The notes beneath the pieces were generated by a model that did no database searches, had not been told where the DNA came from, and saw only the letters and a list, made by a program, of their open reading frames with translations. DNA of 63,136 bases, counting the filler, from Octopus bimaculoides (lineage: Eukaryota), in NCBI RefSeq assembly GCF_001194135.2. It is 5 parts of 5 records of this genome, joined end to end, with 100 filler letters (N's around TTAATTAATTAA, not from the genome) between each part and the next. Parts side by side here need not be neighbours in the genome. Positions count along the whole stretch, not along the records: positions 23,399 to 38,785 come from NC_068998.1; positions 38,886 to 48,229 come from NC_069001.1; 3 more parts are not named here. One strand, given 5' to 3'. A program made the position numbers and the translations under genes. Of the stretch, positions 34,331-48,089 are shown piece by piece (positions within the stretch are counted from its first letter, which is position 1; every line of letters begins with the position of its first letter).

Positions 34331-36754
34331 TACAATGAAGGAATCCGACCGAAGGTTTAGTTTTCCTTTCCTTCTTACTATATATATTTTACCCATTATT
34401 TCTTATCCTTTTCTGTTACCAGCTTTCAAGGCTCCTCATTACACGTTTCCGCTAATCAAACGGTGATGTTATAATGTATAAAAGGAGTGGTCTACACTTG
34501 TTTTTATAGCGTTTAACTATGTTATTACTATGTGCAACATAGCAGTAAATGCGTAAAGTAAAATCTTCTACATTAAAGTACATTATATTAACATTAGTGC
34601 TGAACGTAGAATGGTGAACACACTACAGTTTTCTGTATAGTATGTACTCAGTATGCATCATTTCTATTAGTTTCCTTCCAAAACTATAGTAACAGCAGTA
34701 TATAATTTATTAGCTTCTCTCTTTGCGAAACCGCATTCATTGACTCTGTTTGTCTACGACCCTGTATTGTAAGACATGGCAGAATGTCAGATTTCAGTTA
34801 TTTTGTCATGCTGTATGTTTTTTTTTTGAAGTTCAATTAAACCAGGCGTAATTTTGGTTTCCTTTACATATGATTTAGTTACATAAATAACTAGTCATTA
34901 TATCATATAGTAGTTGCATAACCCGAACCCAAAAGAATGTCCATACATAGTACCTAAATCTCTTTAGCATCTAAATATATCCGTAGTTACATGTTAACGA
35001 TTCGATAGTCATAAGTGAAATGCTTTACTTTCCGCGATGACCAGTAAACTGTTATGTGGCAATAACAGTTCTGTATAAACAGGTACCTTTCACTACCAGC
35101 TGTAATACATTGCATCTCTAATACTGACTGATATATTGAAAAATTAAAAGTTAAACGCGAAAAAAAAGAAATAAAAGCAAAGGAAAACAAGAACAAAAAA
35201 TCCCAAAATGCTTTATTTTAGCATTATTTTATACTTTTCGATAGTAGTTGTGACAGCATTTATTTCACTGTTCGTTAAGTATTACTATCTTTTTTTTCTT
35301 TGTGTTTATTGTGGTGACGAGATTAATTTAAAAGTGATTTGTGAAGGTTATCTCTACAAATTTTCTATAGAAATTATAGCCAAAACTCATTTTGTTACGA
35401 CGTTTCGCAACAAAATCAGTGCTGCTATAAATTCCACACACAATCTGTAGAGATATCTTTAACAAGTGATGTAACAGAACTGCTACAACAGTAGAGTACA
35501 GTATAGACTAATAAGAAAAATAAACAAAAAAGAAAGTGTTTAATATATTCTGTAGTAATGGTTGCATAACAAAATATGGGGTAACTAGAAGTCATTAATA
35601 TTTTTAAAGATAGTGTCATGGCTAGCACAATAAGTTCCGTAGGATTTGTAGTTACCAATCATGTCTGTGATAATTTTACATACATGAGAAATATTTGGAA
35701 ACGGCATAGAATCGAAATTTCAAGTTCCATCTTTGTGTATTGAGAGCGGCTACTTATATACATTTCGGCATAGATCTAAAAGGGAGAGGAATAGAAAATT
35801 CAGTACGCTTATGTTCATTCCTGATCTAAAGAAATTATGTGTGTGTGTGTGTGTGTGTATGCGTGCGTGTGTGTGTATATGTGTGTACCTGGATGCAAGT
35901 ATATATATATATGAGCTTTACATATAACTTATAAAGCAGAAAATGGACGTATATCCATTTTAAACATCGTCTGGCACCTTTTTCCGATGACCCGTGGTAA
36001 TCCTCTTTTCCATAGATATTTACTAACATCAACTTTGGTGCTGATTTGATACAAACTGTGTATCCCATTTTTATCTTCTTTATAAATATACGTGATACTT
36101 CTTTATTACTGACATAAACGTGCATTCAACCATATATACATAAAGTACTAAAGGCTCGCATACATACAGAACCACAATAGCACACACATACACTCATATT
36201 TATGTACAAATATATTTTTAAATATCAGCAACCGACATATAATTTCTTTTAAAGTTTACAGTGATATTGTTGAAATGTAGAGAAATAGATTGAGCAATCA
36301 AAATTATTTATTACCAAATTACGAAACGATGAAAAAATAAGAATTCATAAACCAAAGATTAAATGTGTTCCTTGATGCTAAGAATATATATTCATTAATA
36401 AATCATTTTGAATTTATTTTAGGATTATAGATTTATCGCAAAGATGTAACGTAGATAATATTAGTGTGTATAAACAAGTGGTTGAACTACTGAAATCGAA
36501 TTTTCCGAGAAAAAAAGCCAAGTAATTTAACAATTCTGAAAAATACCATTTATCAACTGTATATGTGAAATGGGCTGTTTGTCTTTGTGTATTTTTGCAT
36601 ATCAATAGATATATGATTATATATATATATTGGGGTATTAATAGAGGTAATCCTATATCAAAAAACAAAAAGAACAACGATATGTACAATCTGTTTTTGT
36701 AATGAGTGAAGTTTACAATGTATATAGGTCCGCGAAAACACACCCACCCACCTA

Positions 36755-36789
<35 letters not shown>

Positions 36790-36876
36790 AAATATATATT
36801 TTTAACAAAAAATTTGGTAAAAAAATATAGTATCTGTTAACAATCTTAGCAAAACACTCACAGTTGAGTTTTTGAA

Positions 36877-37141
36877 TATATATCAACTTTAAATAGAGCT
36901 CAAAAGTGATCCGTTGAAAATACTTTATTACAACAACAATAATAATGATAATAATAACAAATAAATAGACCTATGTACATTTCGATAGAACATCCAGAAT
37001 GATTAATACATATCATAAAATATTATAAAATATTATAAAATATAGGATACTCCATCTCCTCAGGGTCCCATTATTATTGCTATCATTATTATCATTATTA
37101 TTAGCAATACACATCCAATAAAAACAGAAACCATTCAAATC
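36877..37141. repeat. Dispersed repeat, inverted copy at 48340-48586
   Basis: GACCTATGTACATTTCGATAGAACATCCAGAATG...CTCCATCTCCTCAGGGTCCC is present as its reverse complement at ~48410-48505. Confidence 0.85.
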
Positions 37142-37646
37142 TAATTTTCATAGTTACCCATGAAAATATTACAAAACAAGATGAAAAAGTAATAGATGGC
37201 ACACAACTTTCCATCCCAAATGTGCAATGAACGAGCAAACGGTAAATTTACTCAAATCTAAACCTAAAAATTTTATATTATAAATTTCAGTTACTGTTCA
37301 ATTTAGAACGCTATAAAATCCGTTAGAGCAATAATCAGCAAAATAAATATCAAATTAAATAAATAAATAAATCAATAAAGAATGTAAGAAAGAAAGAAAG
37401 AAAGAAATCATGCCGTAGAAAACAATTTCTTTCTTTCTTTCTTTCTTACATTCTTTATTGATTTATTTATTTATTTAATTTGATNNNNNNNNNNATATAT
37501 ATAAAGGAATTAGGGAAAAGGAAAACGATGGGGGAGAAAACAGTATAGAGTAGAGACACATCAAATATATTAAGATAACCTTGTGGAAATGGAAGCGTGG
37601 CGTTCACTCAAATAATTTTATATACATATTTATATGCATATATACG

Positions 37647-37694
<48 letters not shown>

Positions 37695-37696
37695 GT

Positions 37697-37736
<40 letters not shown>

Positions 37737-38339
37737 AAGGTTGAAGAGGAACACACGAGTAGATATATATATGGAAAAAAGACAAAGTAGAAAATGCTAA
37801 AATACTTTTATAAGGAAAATTACCGTACCGGTTTCGATCCTAGAGATCTTTTCAACAGTAAATATGAATAGTAAATTTTTGAAAAATTATTGAAAAATTA
37901 AATTTTGGTAAATTTAAAAGAAAAAATATTTTTAAAGACATATTTGTATAGTATTCAAATAACAGGGGCATTTGTTTTGTTTCTGTCTGTCTCTGTTTCA
38001 CTTGCTAATTCGTATGGGTTCGAAGAAGTGGGGTGGACTCACAACGTGAATAAGATACTGAGGACATTAAGACGGACAATATTACTAGAACGGTTAGCTT
38101 GATTAAAACTTATATGTTTTACATAGGAACGAATGTAGGTGTTGAACCAAATCTTAAAAGAGGAAATGTAGCAAAATAATTTTTGTAGAAAAGAAGGATA
38201 AAGCAATCAATGAACGAACTACGAAAACATATCGATATCCTGGAAAGAAAGAAACAAGGTAAAATCAGGAAGGAGGAGAGCTATTAGCAATTGAAACATA
38301 GATATAGGATGAAGGAAATGGAGTTAAATATAAAGCTGA

Positions 38340-38640
38340 AACAAAGACTCTCTGCTAATGTGGCAAAGACGAGCGTTTTCAGGTAGCACTTCTTTTTGCA
38401 TGTGCTCCATCCTTATGGCAGCGCCTATTTATTCTCAAGATATGTTTCATTGTTCCCAGATTTCCGACACTTGTTAGTACTACTATCACCTTTTTCATTG
38501 ACCACAACTTCTTAACTTCCCAAGCTAACCTGTCATATCTATCGATTTTCTTTCTTCCTAATCGCATACTTTGTTGTCAGCTAGGCATGCTATATCTCTC
38601 ATCCAGCATAGATAGATCAATGTCAGAGCGAACAGGTCAC
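38340..38640 (-). mobile_element. R4/NeSL-like non-LTR retrotransposon 3' fragment (restriction-like endonuclease region)
   Basis: DIACLADNKV..(frameshift)..KIDRYDRLAWEVKKLWSMKKVIVV...GNLGT resembles the RLE C-terminal motif. Confidence 0.6.
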
Positions 38641-39312
38641 AAAATGTAACACAAGATCTCTGACAAATAAACACTGATAAAGCTAAAGTGATTCTCTAAC
38701 AAATAATGTGTTTGTTGGCACAATAACTTCCTCAAATACAACATAGACACACAATATACATCTCATATATATATATATATATATANNNNNNNNNNNNNNN
38801 NNNNNNNNNNNNNNNNNNNNNNNNNNNNNTTAATTAATTAANNNNNNNNNNNNNNNNNNNNNNNNNNNNNNNNNNNNNNNNNNNNCCATGTTTTTTTTAT
38901 TTGTCTAAGTGAGAAATTTTTCTAGAAAGATGAGAGGAGTGTGAATAAACTTTCACCCGCCTGTCAGCTATTTGCGGTGAGTGGATGACAATAAAACCAT
39001 AGAAGTATTTCACTACCCCGGTGGCTTCTCGCGATTACACAAAATATCATAGCCAGAAATACGGGTTTTACATCCTGGATGACAATTCTCTTGACCAAAA
39101 TATAAACACCTATAAAACTGGCTTGAAAGGAGATAAAATTGAATTAAAGTACTCCCATGTCGTAGTTTACTTATGATAGTAAATGATGAAATATACTAAA
39201 CTTCATTTGTAAAATAGGGATACGGTACTCTCACAACGTGGTTTATTTATGATAAATTTATGGTTTCAAATTTATTCCTGTATACTATCATAATATTGTA
39301 CATGCATAGAGG

Positions 39313-39704
39313 TGGAGGCGCAATGGCCCAATGGTTAGGACAGCGGACTCGTGGTCATAGGATCGCGGCTTCGAATCCCAAATCGAGCGTTGTGAGTGTT
39401 TATTGGGCGAAAACACCAAAAGCTCCACGAGGCAACCGGCAGGGGATGGTGGCGAACCCTGCTGTACTCTTTCACCACAACTTTCTCTCTCACTTACTTC
39501 CTGTTTCTGTTGTACCTGTAATTCAAAGAAAGGGTCAGCCTTGTCACACTGTGTCACGCTGAATATCCCCGAGAACTACGTTAAGGGTACACCTATCTGT
39601 GGAGTGCTCAGCCACTTGCACGTTAATTTCAGGAGCAGGCTGTTCCGTTGATCAGATCAACTGGAACCGTCGTCGTCGTAAGCGACGGAGTGCCAACAAC
39701 AACA
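39313..39704 (+). mobile_element. SINE family B, full length
   Basis: tRNA-like head, body and (AAC)n tail. Confidence 0.9.
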
Positions 39705-39787
39705 AACATGCATAGAATCGTACATATCCCCCTCTTAGGAACCACTTTAAAATATCTTCCAGTAAGTGTGTGATAAATTTGTTTTGT

Positions 39788-39826
39788 AAAAATAGGGGTG
39801 CATCTTATACGTCGGCAAATACGGCA
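39788..39826 (-). mobile_element. Tc2/pogo-type TIR remnant
   Basis: Reverse complement TGCCGTATTTGCCGACGTATAAGATGCACCCC resembles TACCGTATTT..CGTATAAGACGCAC termini. Confidence 0.45.
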
Positions 39827-40754
39827 TGTTCTGTCGCTTTGCGTTCTAACAGAAAGCCTCCAGATAGAAATAGAAGCCAAATATTGCCCCAAATTACACC
39901 AAGGGAAGGATATCACGAACAAAATAGTCTCTGAAACAAATTAATAGATGGGACGTGGTTGGGAAGGTTTTGATCACAAATATCTGCTTGATTAGGGATG
40001 GCCTGTGGTTAAATAGCAGCAGAATCAAACACAACACGTCCAACACTTACAGAGACAAAATACTAACTTTACTGCACGAATCACACATACACATACACAC
40101 ACATTTCACATCACATAATACACACGCACACATACATACATACATACATACATACACACTTCACATCCCACGCATACATATATTACACGACACACATTTC
40201 ACATAATGCACAAACACACACACACGTCTCATCATACAACATACCATATCATATTACGCATGCATATACACACATTCATGTCACACACGCATACATACAT
40301 ACACACACACATCTCAAAACCAAAACCAATTCGTTAATTCTCTTGAATGCCAAGAACTCCGCAACAACAACAACAACAGCAGCAGCAGCTACAAAAGAAG
40401 GAATCAATCCATCAATAGACGATACGAAACAAAAATATAGGAACAACGTTACAAGAAAGCTTGAGCGCCTACCCCTACCATGACGACGACGACGAACACC
40501 ACCACCAACACTACCACCACCACCAGCACCGCCACCAACAACAGCAACAACGCCACGGCGGTCACTACTACCACCACGACTTCCACGGCCACCGCCTACA
40601 TCAAAAGAAACCAGTGGCATGATCAGGATTGAAATATCTTTGATCAATAATGCCTCTTCGATCTGTAGTGATCTGAAGTTAAATAATAATCAATCAACAA
40701 CAACAAACGACAACTATAACTGCAAATACCAAACCGACGCTAAAACAATACATA

Positions 40755-40756
<2 letters not shown>

Positions 40757-40791
<35 letters not shown>

Positions 40792-41018
40792 GGCACTCCG
40801 TCGCTTACGACGACGAGGGTTCCAGTTGACCCGATCAACGGAACAGCTTGCTCCTGAAATTAACGTGCAAGTGGCTGAGCACTCCACAGACACGTGTACC
40901 CTTAACGTAGTTCTCGGGGAGATTCAGCGTGACACAGTGTGACAAGGCTGACCCTTTTGAATTACAGGTACAACAGAAACAGGAAGTAAGAGTGAGAGAA
41001 AGTTGTGGTGGAAGAGTA
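40757..41018 (-). mobile_element. SINE family B 3' half with (TTG)n tail
   Basis: Reverse complement of 39313-39704; runs into a gap. Confidence 0.9.
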
Positions 41019-41874
41019 NNNNNNNNNNNNNNNNNNNNNNNNNNNNNNNNNNNNNNNNNNNNNNNNNNNNNNNNNNNNNNNNNNNNNNNNNNNNNNNNNN
41101 NNNNNNNNNNNNNNNNNNNNNNNNNNNNNNNNNNNNNNNNNNNNNNNNNNNNNNNNNNNNNNNNNNNNNNNNNNNNNNNNNNNNNNNNNNNNNNNNNNNN
41201 NNNNNNNNNNNNNNNNNNNNNNNNNNNNNNNNNNNNNNNNNNNNNNNNNNNNNNNNNNNNNNNNNNNNNNNNNNNNNNNNNNNNNNNNNNNNNNNNNNNN
41301 NNNNNNNNNNNNNNNNNNNNNNNNNNNNNNNNNNNNNNNNNNNNNNNNNNNNNNNNNNNNNNNNNNNNNNNNNNNNNNNNNNNNNNNNNNNNNNNNNNNN
41401 NNNNNNNNNNNNNNNNNNNNNNNNNNNNNNNNNNNNNNNNNNNNNNNNNNNNNNNNNNNNNNNNNNNNNNNNNNNNNNNNNNNNNNNNNNNNNNNNNNNN
41501 NNNNNNNNNNNNNNNNNNNNNNNNNNNNNNNNNNNNNNNNNNNNNNNNNNNNNNNNNNNNNNNNNNNNNNNNNNNNNNNNNNNNNNNNNNNNNNNNNNNN
41601 NNNNNNNNNNNNNNNNNNNNNNNNNNNNNNNNNNNNNNNNNNNNNNNNNNNNNNNNNNNNNNNNNNNNNNNNNNNNNNNNNNNNNNNNNNNNNNNNNNNN
41701 NNNNNNNNNNNNNNNNNNNNNNNNNNNNNNNNNNNNNNNNNNNNNNNNNNNNNNNNNNNNNNNNNNNNNNNNNNNNNNNNNNNNNNNNNNNNNNNNNNNN
41801 NNNNNNNNNNNNNNNNNNNNNNNNNNNNNNNNNNNNNNNNNNNNNNNNNNNNNNNNNNNNNNNNNNNNNNNNNN

Positions 41875-41995
41875 TTTTTTTTGCCTTTCGTCTTTCCGGG
41901 GTCGATAAAATAAGTACCAGCTGAACACTGGGGTTGATGTAATCGACTTAGTCCCCCCACCCAAACTTGCTGGTCGTGTGCTAAATTTTGAAATC
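41875..41995 (+). mobile_element. SINE family C 3' half
   Basis: TTGCCTTTCGTCTTTCCGGGGTCGATAAAATAAGTACCAG. Confidence 0.75.
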
Positions 41996-42129
41996 AATAT
42001 TTTTATTGTTATAACATCTAACTCAACCAGTGCAGTTGGTTGCTCTATTGTTTCTTCTTAAAGCTAAATGTTTAGCTGTGAACAAAGAACACGAGAAGGC
42101 ACAGTAGAGTAAAAGAACGCCGAGGACGG

Positions 42130-42320
42130 CCGCGGTGACGATGACGCGGAAGACGACGACAACGACGACGATGGAGGCGAAGATGATGACAATAACGATG
42201 ATGATGATGGTGATGATGACGACGATGACGATGATAATGGTGATGAAGAGGGTGATGATGATAGAGACGACGATGATGACGACGATGATGATGATGACGA
42301 TGATGATAATGATTATGGTG
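42130..42320. repeat. Imperfect (GAT/GAC)n microsatellite
   Basis: Direct read. Confidence 0.9.
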
Positions 42321-42326
42321 CAGATA

Positions 42327-42502
42327 GGCGTAGGAGTGGCTCTGTGGTAAGTAGCTTGCTTACCAACCACATGGTTCCGGGTTCAGTCCCACTGCGTGGC
42401 ACCTTGGGCAAGTGTCTTCTACTATAGCCTCGGGCCGACCAAAACCTTGAGTGGATTTGGTAGACGGAAACTGAAAGAAGCCCGTCGTATATATGTATAT
42501 AA

Positions 42503-42544
<42 letters not shown>

Positions 42545-42751
42545 NNNNNNNNNNNNNNNNNNNNNNNNNNNNNNNNNNNNNNNNNNNNNNNNNNNNNNNN
42601 NNNNNNNNNNNNNNNNNNNNNNNNNNNNNNNNNNNNNTTACAAAGAATAAGTCCTGGGGTCGATTTGCTCGACTAAAGGCGGTGCTCCATCCAGCATGGC
42701 CGCAGTCAAATGACTGAAACAAGTGAAAGAGTAAAAGAGTAAAGTAAAAGA

Positions 42752-42752
<1 letters not shown>
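42327..42752 (+). mobile_element. SINE family A, full length
   Basis: GGCGTAGGAGTGGCTCTGTGGTAAG head through TGACTGAAACAAGT(G)AAAGAGTAAAAGAG tail. Confidence 0.9.
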
Positions 42753-42800
<48 letters not shown>

Positions 42801-43079
42801 TTGACCATGGCAAAGACGACTATGATGGCGCTGGCTGGCGCTGGCTGGCGCAGCTGCTGACGATGGTGCTGATGCTGATGATGACGATGGTGATGATGCT
42901 GACGAAGGCGTTACTTCTGCTGACGAGTGTTGTGTTACAAACGATGGAGGTATGACTTTATAGAACAATGAAACCGAAGGCGTTGAGGTTTTGCCTCGCA
43001 GCTTTTTTTTACAGTTACTGTTGAGTTTTGGCCAAATCCGAGGGAAAGGCCTAATTAATGGGTGGACACAGTTCATTCC

Positions 43080-43542
43080 TTCCGTCTTTCTTTCCTTGCT
43101 GTCTTTCCTTCTTTCTTTTACCCGCCTTCCTTCTTTCCGTCCTTCCTTCTTTCTTTTACTTTACTTCCTTCGCTCCTTCCTCCCACCTTTTCTCTTTCTT
43201 TCTCTTTTTCTGTCTTCCTCTCTCTCCTTCTTTTCTTGCACGTTTCTCTTCTATCTTTCTTTCTTCATTTCTTTCTTTCTTTCCTTCTTTCTTTCGTTCT
43301 TTTTTCTTTCCTTCTTTCTTTCTTTCTTTCTTTCCTTCCTTCCTTTATTTCTTTCTTTCTTTCCTTCCTTTCTTTCTTCCTTCCTTCCTTCCTTCCTTCC
43401 TTCTTCTTCCTTCCTTCCTTCCATTCTTTCTTTCTTTCCTTTCGTTCAATCGACCTTTTCATTATCTTCTATGTTTGCTTATTTCTTTACTCTTATTTTT
43501 GTTTTTTTCTAACAATTGTTTTGTTGTTGCCGTTATTGATTA

Positions 43543-43591
<49 letters not shown>

Positions 43592-43740
43592 CATTTATTA
43601 TTATGTACCAGCACCACCACCACCACCACCATTCTTGTTGCCTTTATCCTCGTCATCATCATCATCGTCGTCGTCGTCATCATCATCATTATTACTGCCA
43701 TTATTGTTGTTGCTGTTGTTGCTGCTGATGTTGTTGTCGA
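43080..43740. repeat. (TTTC/TTCC)n, (TAT)n and (CAT/CAC)n compound microsatellite field
   Basis: Direct read. Confidence 0.9.
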
Positions 43741-43907
43741 TAAGATTTTATAAATATCCTCACGACACTATTGAGTAGTCAGAACCATAAATAGATGCAC
43801 ACATCGCTGCACATCATCTATTATGCATACATGTGCCTGTTTATGTGTGTGTGTGTGTGTGCATATATGTATATGTGTATATGTGTATATGTATATGTGT
43901 ATATGTG

Positions 43908-43945
<38 letters not shown>

Positions 43946-44553
43946 AGCTCACACATATTCCGAATTCTCAAGGTGTCCTGTGCAGTGATGTGTGTGTGTG
44001 TGTGTGTGTGTGTATCTTCGTATATGCATGTGTGAGTCAGAGTCATTGCAAAATACACACACACACACACACACATACCGACAAACAGACAGACGCACAT
44101 ACATAGAGTCGTAGAGCGAGGTCAGAAAAGAGCAAGTGAAGGAATAACGAGGTCAAATTGATGAGGTCAAATTATAGATTTTTTAAGATCGATCAATATA
44201 TAAATTAATTAATCCAGACAATATAAAAAGAAGGAAAAAAAAATCACAGAAAGACAAAAAAAAAACAAACAAACAAAAAACAACAAAAACTAATCAAACT
44301 AATATCAAACGAAGATATATCGATTTCTGTTCTGATCGCAAGGTCAGATGTCCAAGTGCATGAGTGTTGATGTGTGTGGGTATGAGTGTACGTGTGTGTT
44401 TGTGTGCGTATGTGTATGTATGTATGTTTGTGTATGTGTGTGTATATATATATATATATATATTTGTGTGTGTGTTCGTTGGTGCAAGTGGTTGTGTGTG
44501 TGTGCATGTGTGTACATGTGTACGTATGCCTGTATGAGTGCATATATGTGTGA

Positions 44554-44596
<43 letters not shown>

Positions 44597-44899
44597 TGTG
44601 TGCTGAAGTAGATGACTTAGGTGATGGTGAAGTAGGACCGAGGGAAACACTTTACTTATTGTTTATCGATAATTATGTTTAATCAAAGATCAGCCAGGAT
44701 TCGAACTCAGAAACTCGATGGACCTAATAAACTCATGATTATCGATGAGCTAATTGAAGGCGGGTGGCGGTGTGAGGGGTTGTTCTCTTCGCAGTTGCTC
44801 TTTCTGCCTACATTTGCAGTCAAATCCCTCTCAAATTGAATCAATCTACCTTGTTTTAAAACAAAAGGAGGAAGATTCTATAAAGTAATCCTAGGTACA

Positions 44900-45261
44900 T
44901 GTTGTTGGCACTCCGTCGCTTACGACGTCGAGGGTTCCAGTTGATCCAATCAACGGAACAGCCTGCTCTTGAAATTAACGTGCAAGTGGCTGAGTACTCC
45001 ACAGACACGTGTACCCTTAACGTAGTTCTCGGGGAGATTCAGCGTGACACAGTGTGACAAGGCTGACCCTTTGAATTACAGGCACAACAGAAACAGGAAG
45101 TAAGAGTGACAGAAAGTTGTGGTGAAAGAGTACAGCAGGGTTCGCCACCATCCCCTGCCGGAGCCTCGTGGAGCTTTAGGTGTTTTCGCTCAATAAACAC
45201 TCACAACGCCCGGTCTGGGAATCGAAACCGCTGCCCTAACCACTGGGCCATTGCGCCTCCA
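44900..45261 (-). mobile_element. SINE family B, full length
   Basis: Reverse complement of 39313-39704. Confidence 0.9.
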
Positions 45262-45638
45262 CGGTCCTAGATACATAACTGAATATAAAAAGGTAAAAAT
45301 AGCTGATATGGTCGCGGTTGGAGCACCTTTGATCATAGATGTGCTGTGTAGTGGCTTGACAGTTATGGTAGCGGAACGCAAGCTTCTTGAATGGCCTGTC
45401 ATGGTGGACAGGTCAAAGGATAGAGTTATAGGCCAGCTCTTCCCAGAGGTAAAAATGGGTTTGCATGGGGCCATGTACATACATACATATATGCATGCAT
45501 GCATGCATGGTTGTTGTCTACTCTTTATAGAGTCTGACCACCTCTTGTACATACACCTTAAGTCTGTCATGGCGTCTGATAGCCTTGGACCCTATATATC
45601 TATCTATCTATCTATCTACACATTTACATCCTATATGC

Positions 45639-45684
<46 letters not shown>

Positions 45685-45689
45685 AAGAA

Positions 45690-45875
45690 TTTACGAAAAA
45701 AACAACAGACGAAGACAGGTGGTGTAAACAACAAATGGATGTATTAGTATAACGCTCGGGAATAGAGAAAGTCTTTAACGTTTCGAGCCTACGCTCTTCA
45801 ACAGAAAGGAAGACAGAAAGAAACAAGGAGAAAAAAAATATAAATGTAGTGGTCAGCGATCTATCATGTCGAATG
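45690..45875 (-). mobile_element. Penelope-type pLTR-like repeat with hammerhead-like motif (45773-45808)
   Basis: Minus strand CTTT-CTGTTGA-A-GAGC-GTAG-GCTC-GAAA-CGTT-AAAG; inverted homologue at 48090-48229. Confidence 0.55.
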
Positions 45876-46419
45876 CCGATATATATGTGTGTGTGTGTGT
45901 CTGTGTGTGTGTGCGTGTGTTTATATGTGTCTAAATATATAATTAATCATTTGCAGGATCGAACGGAATCAAGGTATTTTGATTATAAGGAGACCAAGAT
46001 AAGGTCAAGTATAGCATATCCGTGTATCAACAATTACATGGACACTCACGCATATATTAATGCATATACCGATCTGTCCTACCACTTACATATACAGGCA
46101 CGTAAATTGATCAATATACTCATCGATATAAATATATAAGTACATGTAAAATCACATACAGACGTACTCCGATATGCAGTTTCACGAGCTATTCTAAGTT
46201 CCAGATCCAACGTAGGAAACGTTCTAGGTATGGTGTAAAATAAATAAGAACACAAATGGCTTGAGATTCACTACAGCTGTTTCAGACGCGTTTTTTTTTT
46301 TATTATTGGTGGGCAAATCAATTACATCATGAAAGAAAAATGCCGTTTTCAATCAGATGAATTAAAATTTAAATGTAAAATTTAACATTTAAGATTTAGC
46401 TCATAAAGAATATATGTGG

Positions 46420-46897
46420 GAGATGTGTGTCGGCATATGCCAATGACGTCACCGTAGTGGTGTCGGAAAATAAACATATCGAAATGATCGGCACTGTTCT
46501 CAGGGACTACGAGGCAGTATTAGGAGCGAAGATTAACCAGGAAAGTCAGTGGGCTTGTGGCTCGGCACCTGGAGAAGTAAGTCCATGCCGTCCAACTGCG
46601 TCGTTGGGCGGTGGACGGAGGGACCGGTTAAATTACTCGGGGTCTGGTCTGGTCTGGTCCAGACCTCCAGATGGACAAAAACTGGGACGCGGTAACGAGC
46701 AAGGTGATGACTCTCACCCAGAAATGGGCTGAGAGGAAGCTATCCCAGAAAGGTCGGGAGAGGTGGCTAACGCGTACATCGCGTCCGTCATCTACTACCG
46801 TTTGACTGTCGTATCTTGCCCCGGCGACCGTCTGATTATGTTGGAACGTATACACTTATGCTTCTTATGGAAGGGACGCCTCTCGATGGTCAGGCGG
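46420..46897 (+). mobile_element. Tx1/L1-clade LINE ORF2 fragment (RT end and downstream region), degenerate
   Basis: SAYANDVTVVVS...YEAVLGAKIN (YADD-like) and ANAYIASVIYYRL...LERIHLCFLWKG; frameshifted. Confidence 0.75.
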
Positions 46898-47359
46898 TTG
46901 TTGTTGTTGTTTCTGCTGCTGTTGTTTTTGTATTCTTTAGGTATCAGGTCGGCTCTAAACAAAGAGACATGTTTAAAAGTGACGACCAACTATGGCGACA
47001 ACAGCAACAGCAGATAAACAGGCTTGTAATAACAATGGTTGAACATAATTACTAAAGCGATAAGAGGCCATCGAGAACTGTGACGAAAGCATTTAGTATC
47101 GAACGAAAAGCATTTGCAAATGAAACCATGGTACACTAAAGATAACACAAATTGAAGAATGGTGTGGGTGGAACCGTAAATGAAGCGTAGTCATGTGACA
47201 CAATGAAACAGAATAGAAATAAAAAGATGAAAATAAATATAAATAATAATGGTGATAATAAAGAAAAAAGAGTAATCTATTTTTGTAGGACAGAGTAATT
47301 TTGTTTCGATCTGCCGCCCAACTAAAAATACATGTTGAATCTAGCCATTGATAAGAGGT

Positions 47360-47850
47360 ATCGACCTGCTTCAGAAATAGTAGCCACGCCTAACTCGAAT
47401 GAATAACATTGCATATTGTTAGAAAAGGCCGCTCTGGATAATGTGATCTTATAGGAGAAAAAAATGGAATGACCACTGCTTGAAAGCCTTCAATCATAGG
47501 CGTTGTTTATCTAGCCATTTATAACATGCTGCAGAAAGAGTAGCCAAGTCTCCCTCAAATAACACTAGATGTGGTCTTCAGTCTCCTACTCATGGGAAAA
47601 TAAACGAGATGATCACAGCTGGAAGACTGTACATCATAGAAATAGTATCCAAGTCTCCTTCAAATAACACGAAAATGGCCCGCTGGATAAATTAATATGG
47701 CTCTATAGCAAAAAAGAGACGGTCGCAGCTGCAACATCTTCGATCATAGGTCCGGTCTATCTATACAGGTAAAGCAGGCATCAAGTTACTACAGAAACAG
47801 TAGCCAGGTCTCCCTCAAATAATGCTGTACTGCCTTCGAAAAGAACACAC
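47360..47850 (+). repeat. Four diverged tandem units of repeat family E
   Basis: AGAAA(T/G/C)AGTA(G/T)CCA(A/G/C)GTCTCC(C/T)TCAAATAA-like heads at ~47372, ~47531, ~47638 and ~47791. Confidence 0.7.
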
Positions 47851-48089
47851 TCAGTGATCTGGCCTTCAGTTCTTGTGTACATAAAATAGTTAACATTCGC
47901 TGCTTTGTTCCAATGAATCTAACGCTCTTAGCTTAGTTTTTCCTTGTGGCTGGCCAGATTGGAGCAATCTCGAGTATAACCATCCGAAATTGCAAAGATA
48001 ATCTGGAACTCGACTGAGGAAAGAAAACTACGAATGACCCGTCCTTGTTTTCTTTGTATCGTCTGTCTGGATGTTTAGCGTTCTTGTCC

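Noticed and set aside
37349-37484. Perfect 60-bp inverted repeat with a 16-bp spacer
   Set aside because: Zero mismatches and it ends exactly at a contig edge, which is typical of a fold-back read or assembly artefact.
39313-39390. tRNA-like heads of SINE A/B/C as tRNA genes
   Set aside because: They continue into SINE bodies and tails in multiple copies and lack a full cloverleaf.
42023-44650. ORFs of poly-I/T/F/L/HT/CV/YI
   Set aside because: Translations of microsatellites, with no splice or domain support.
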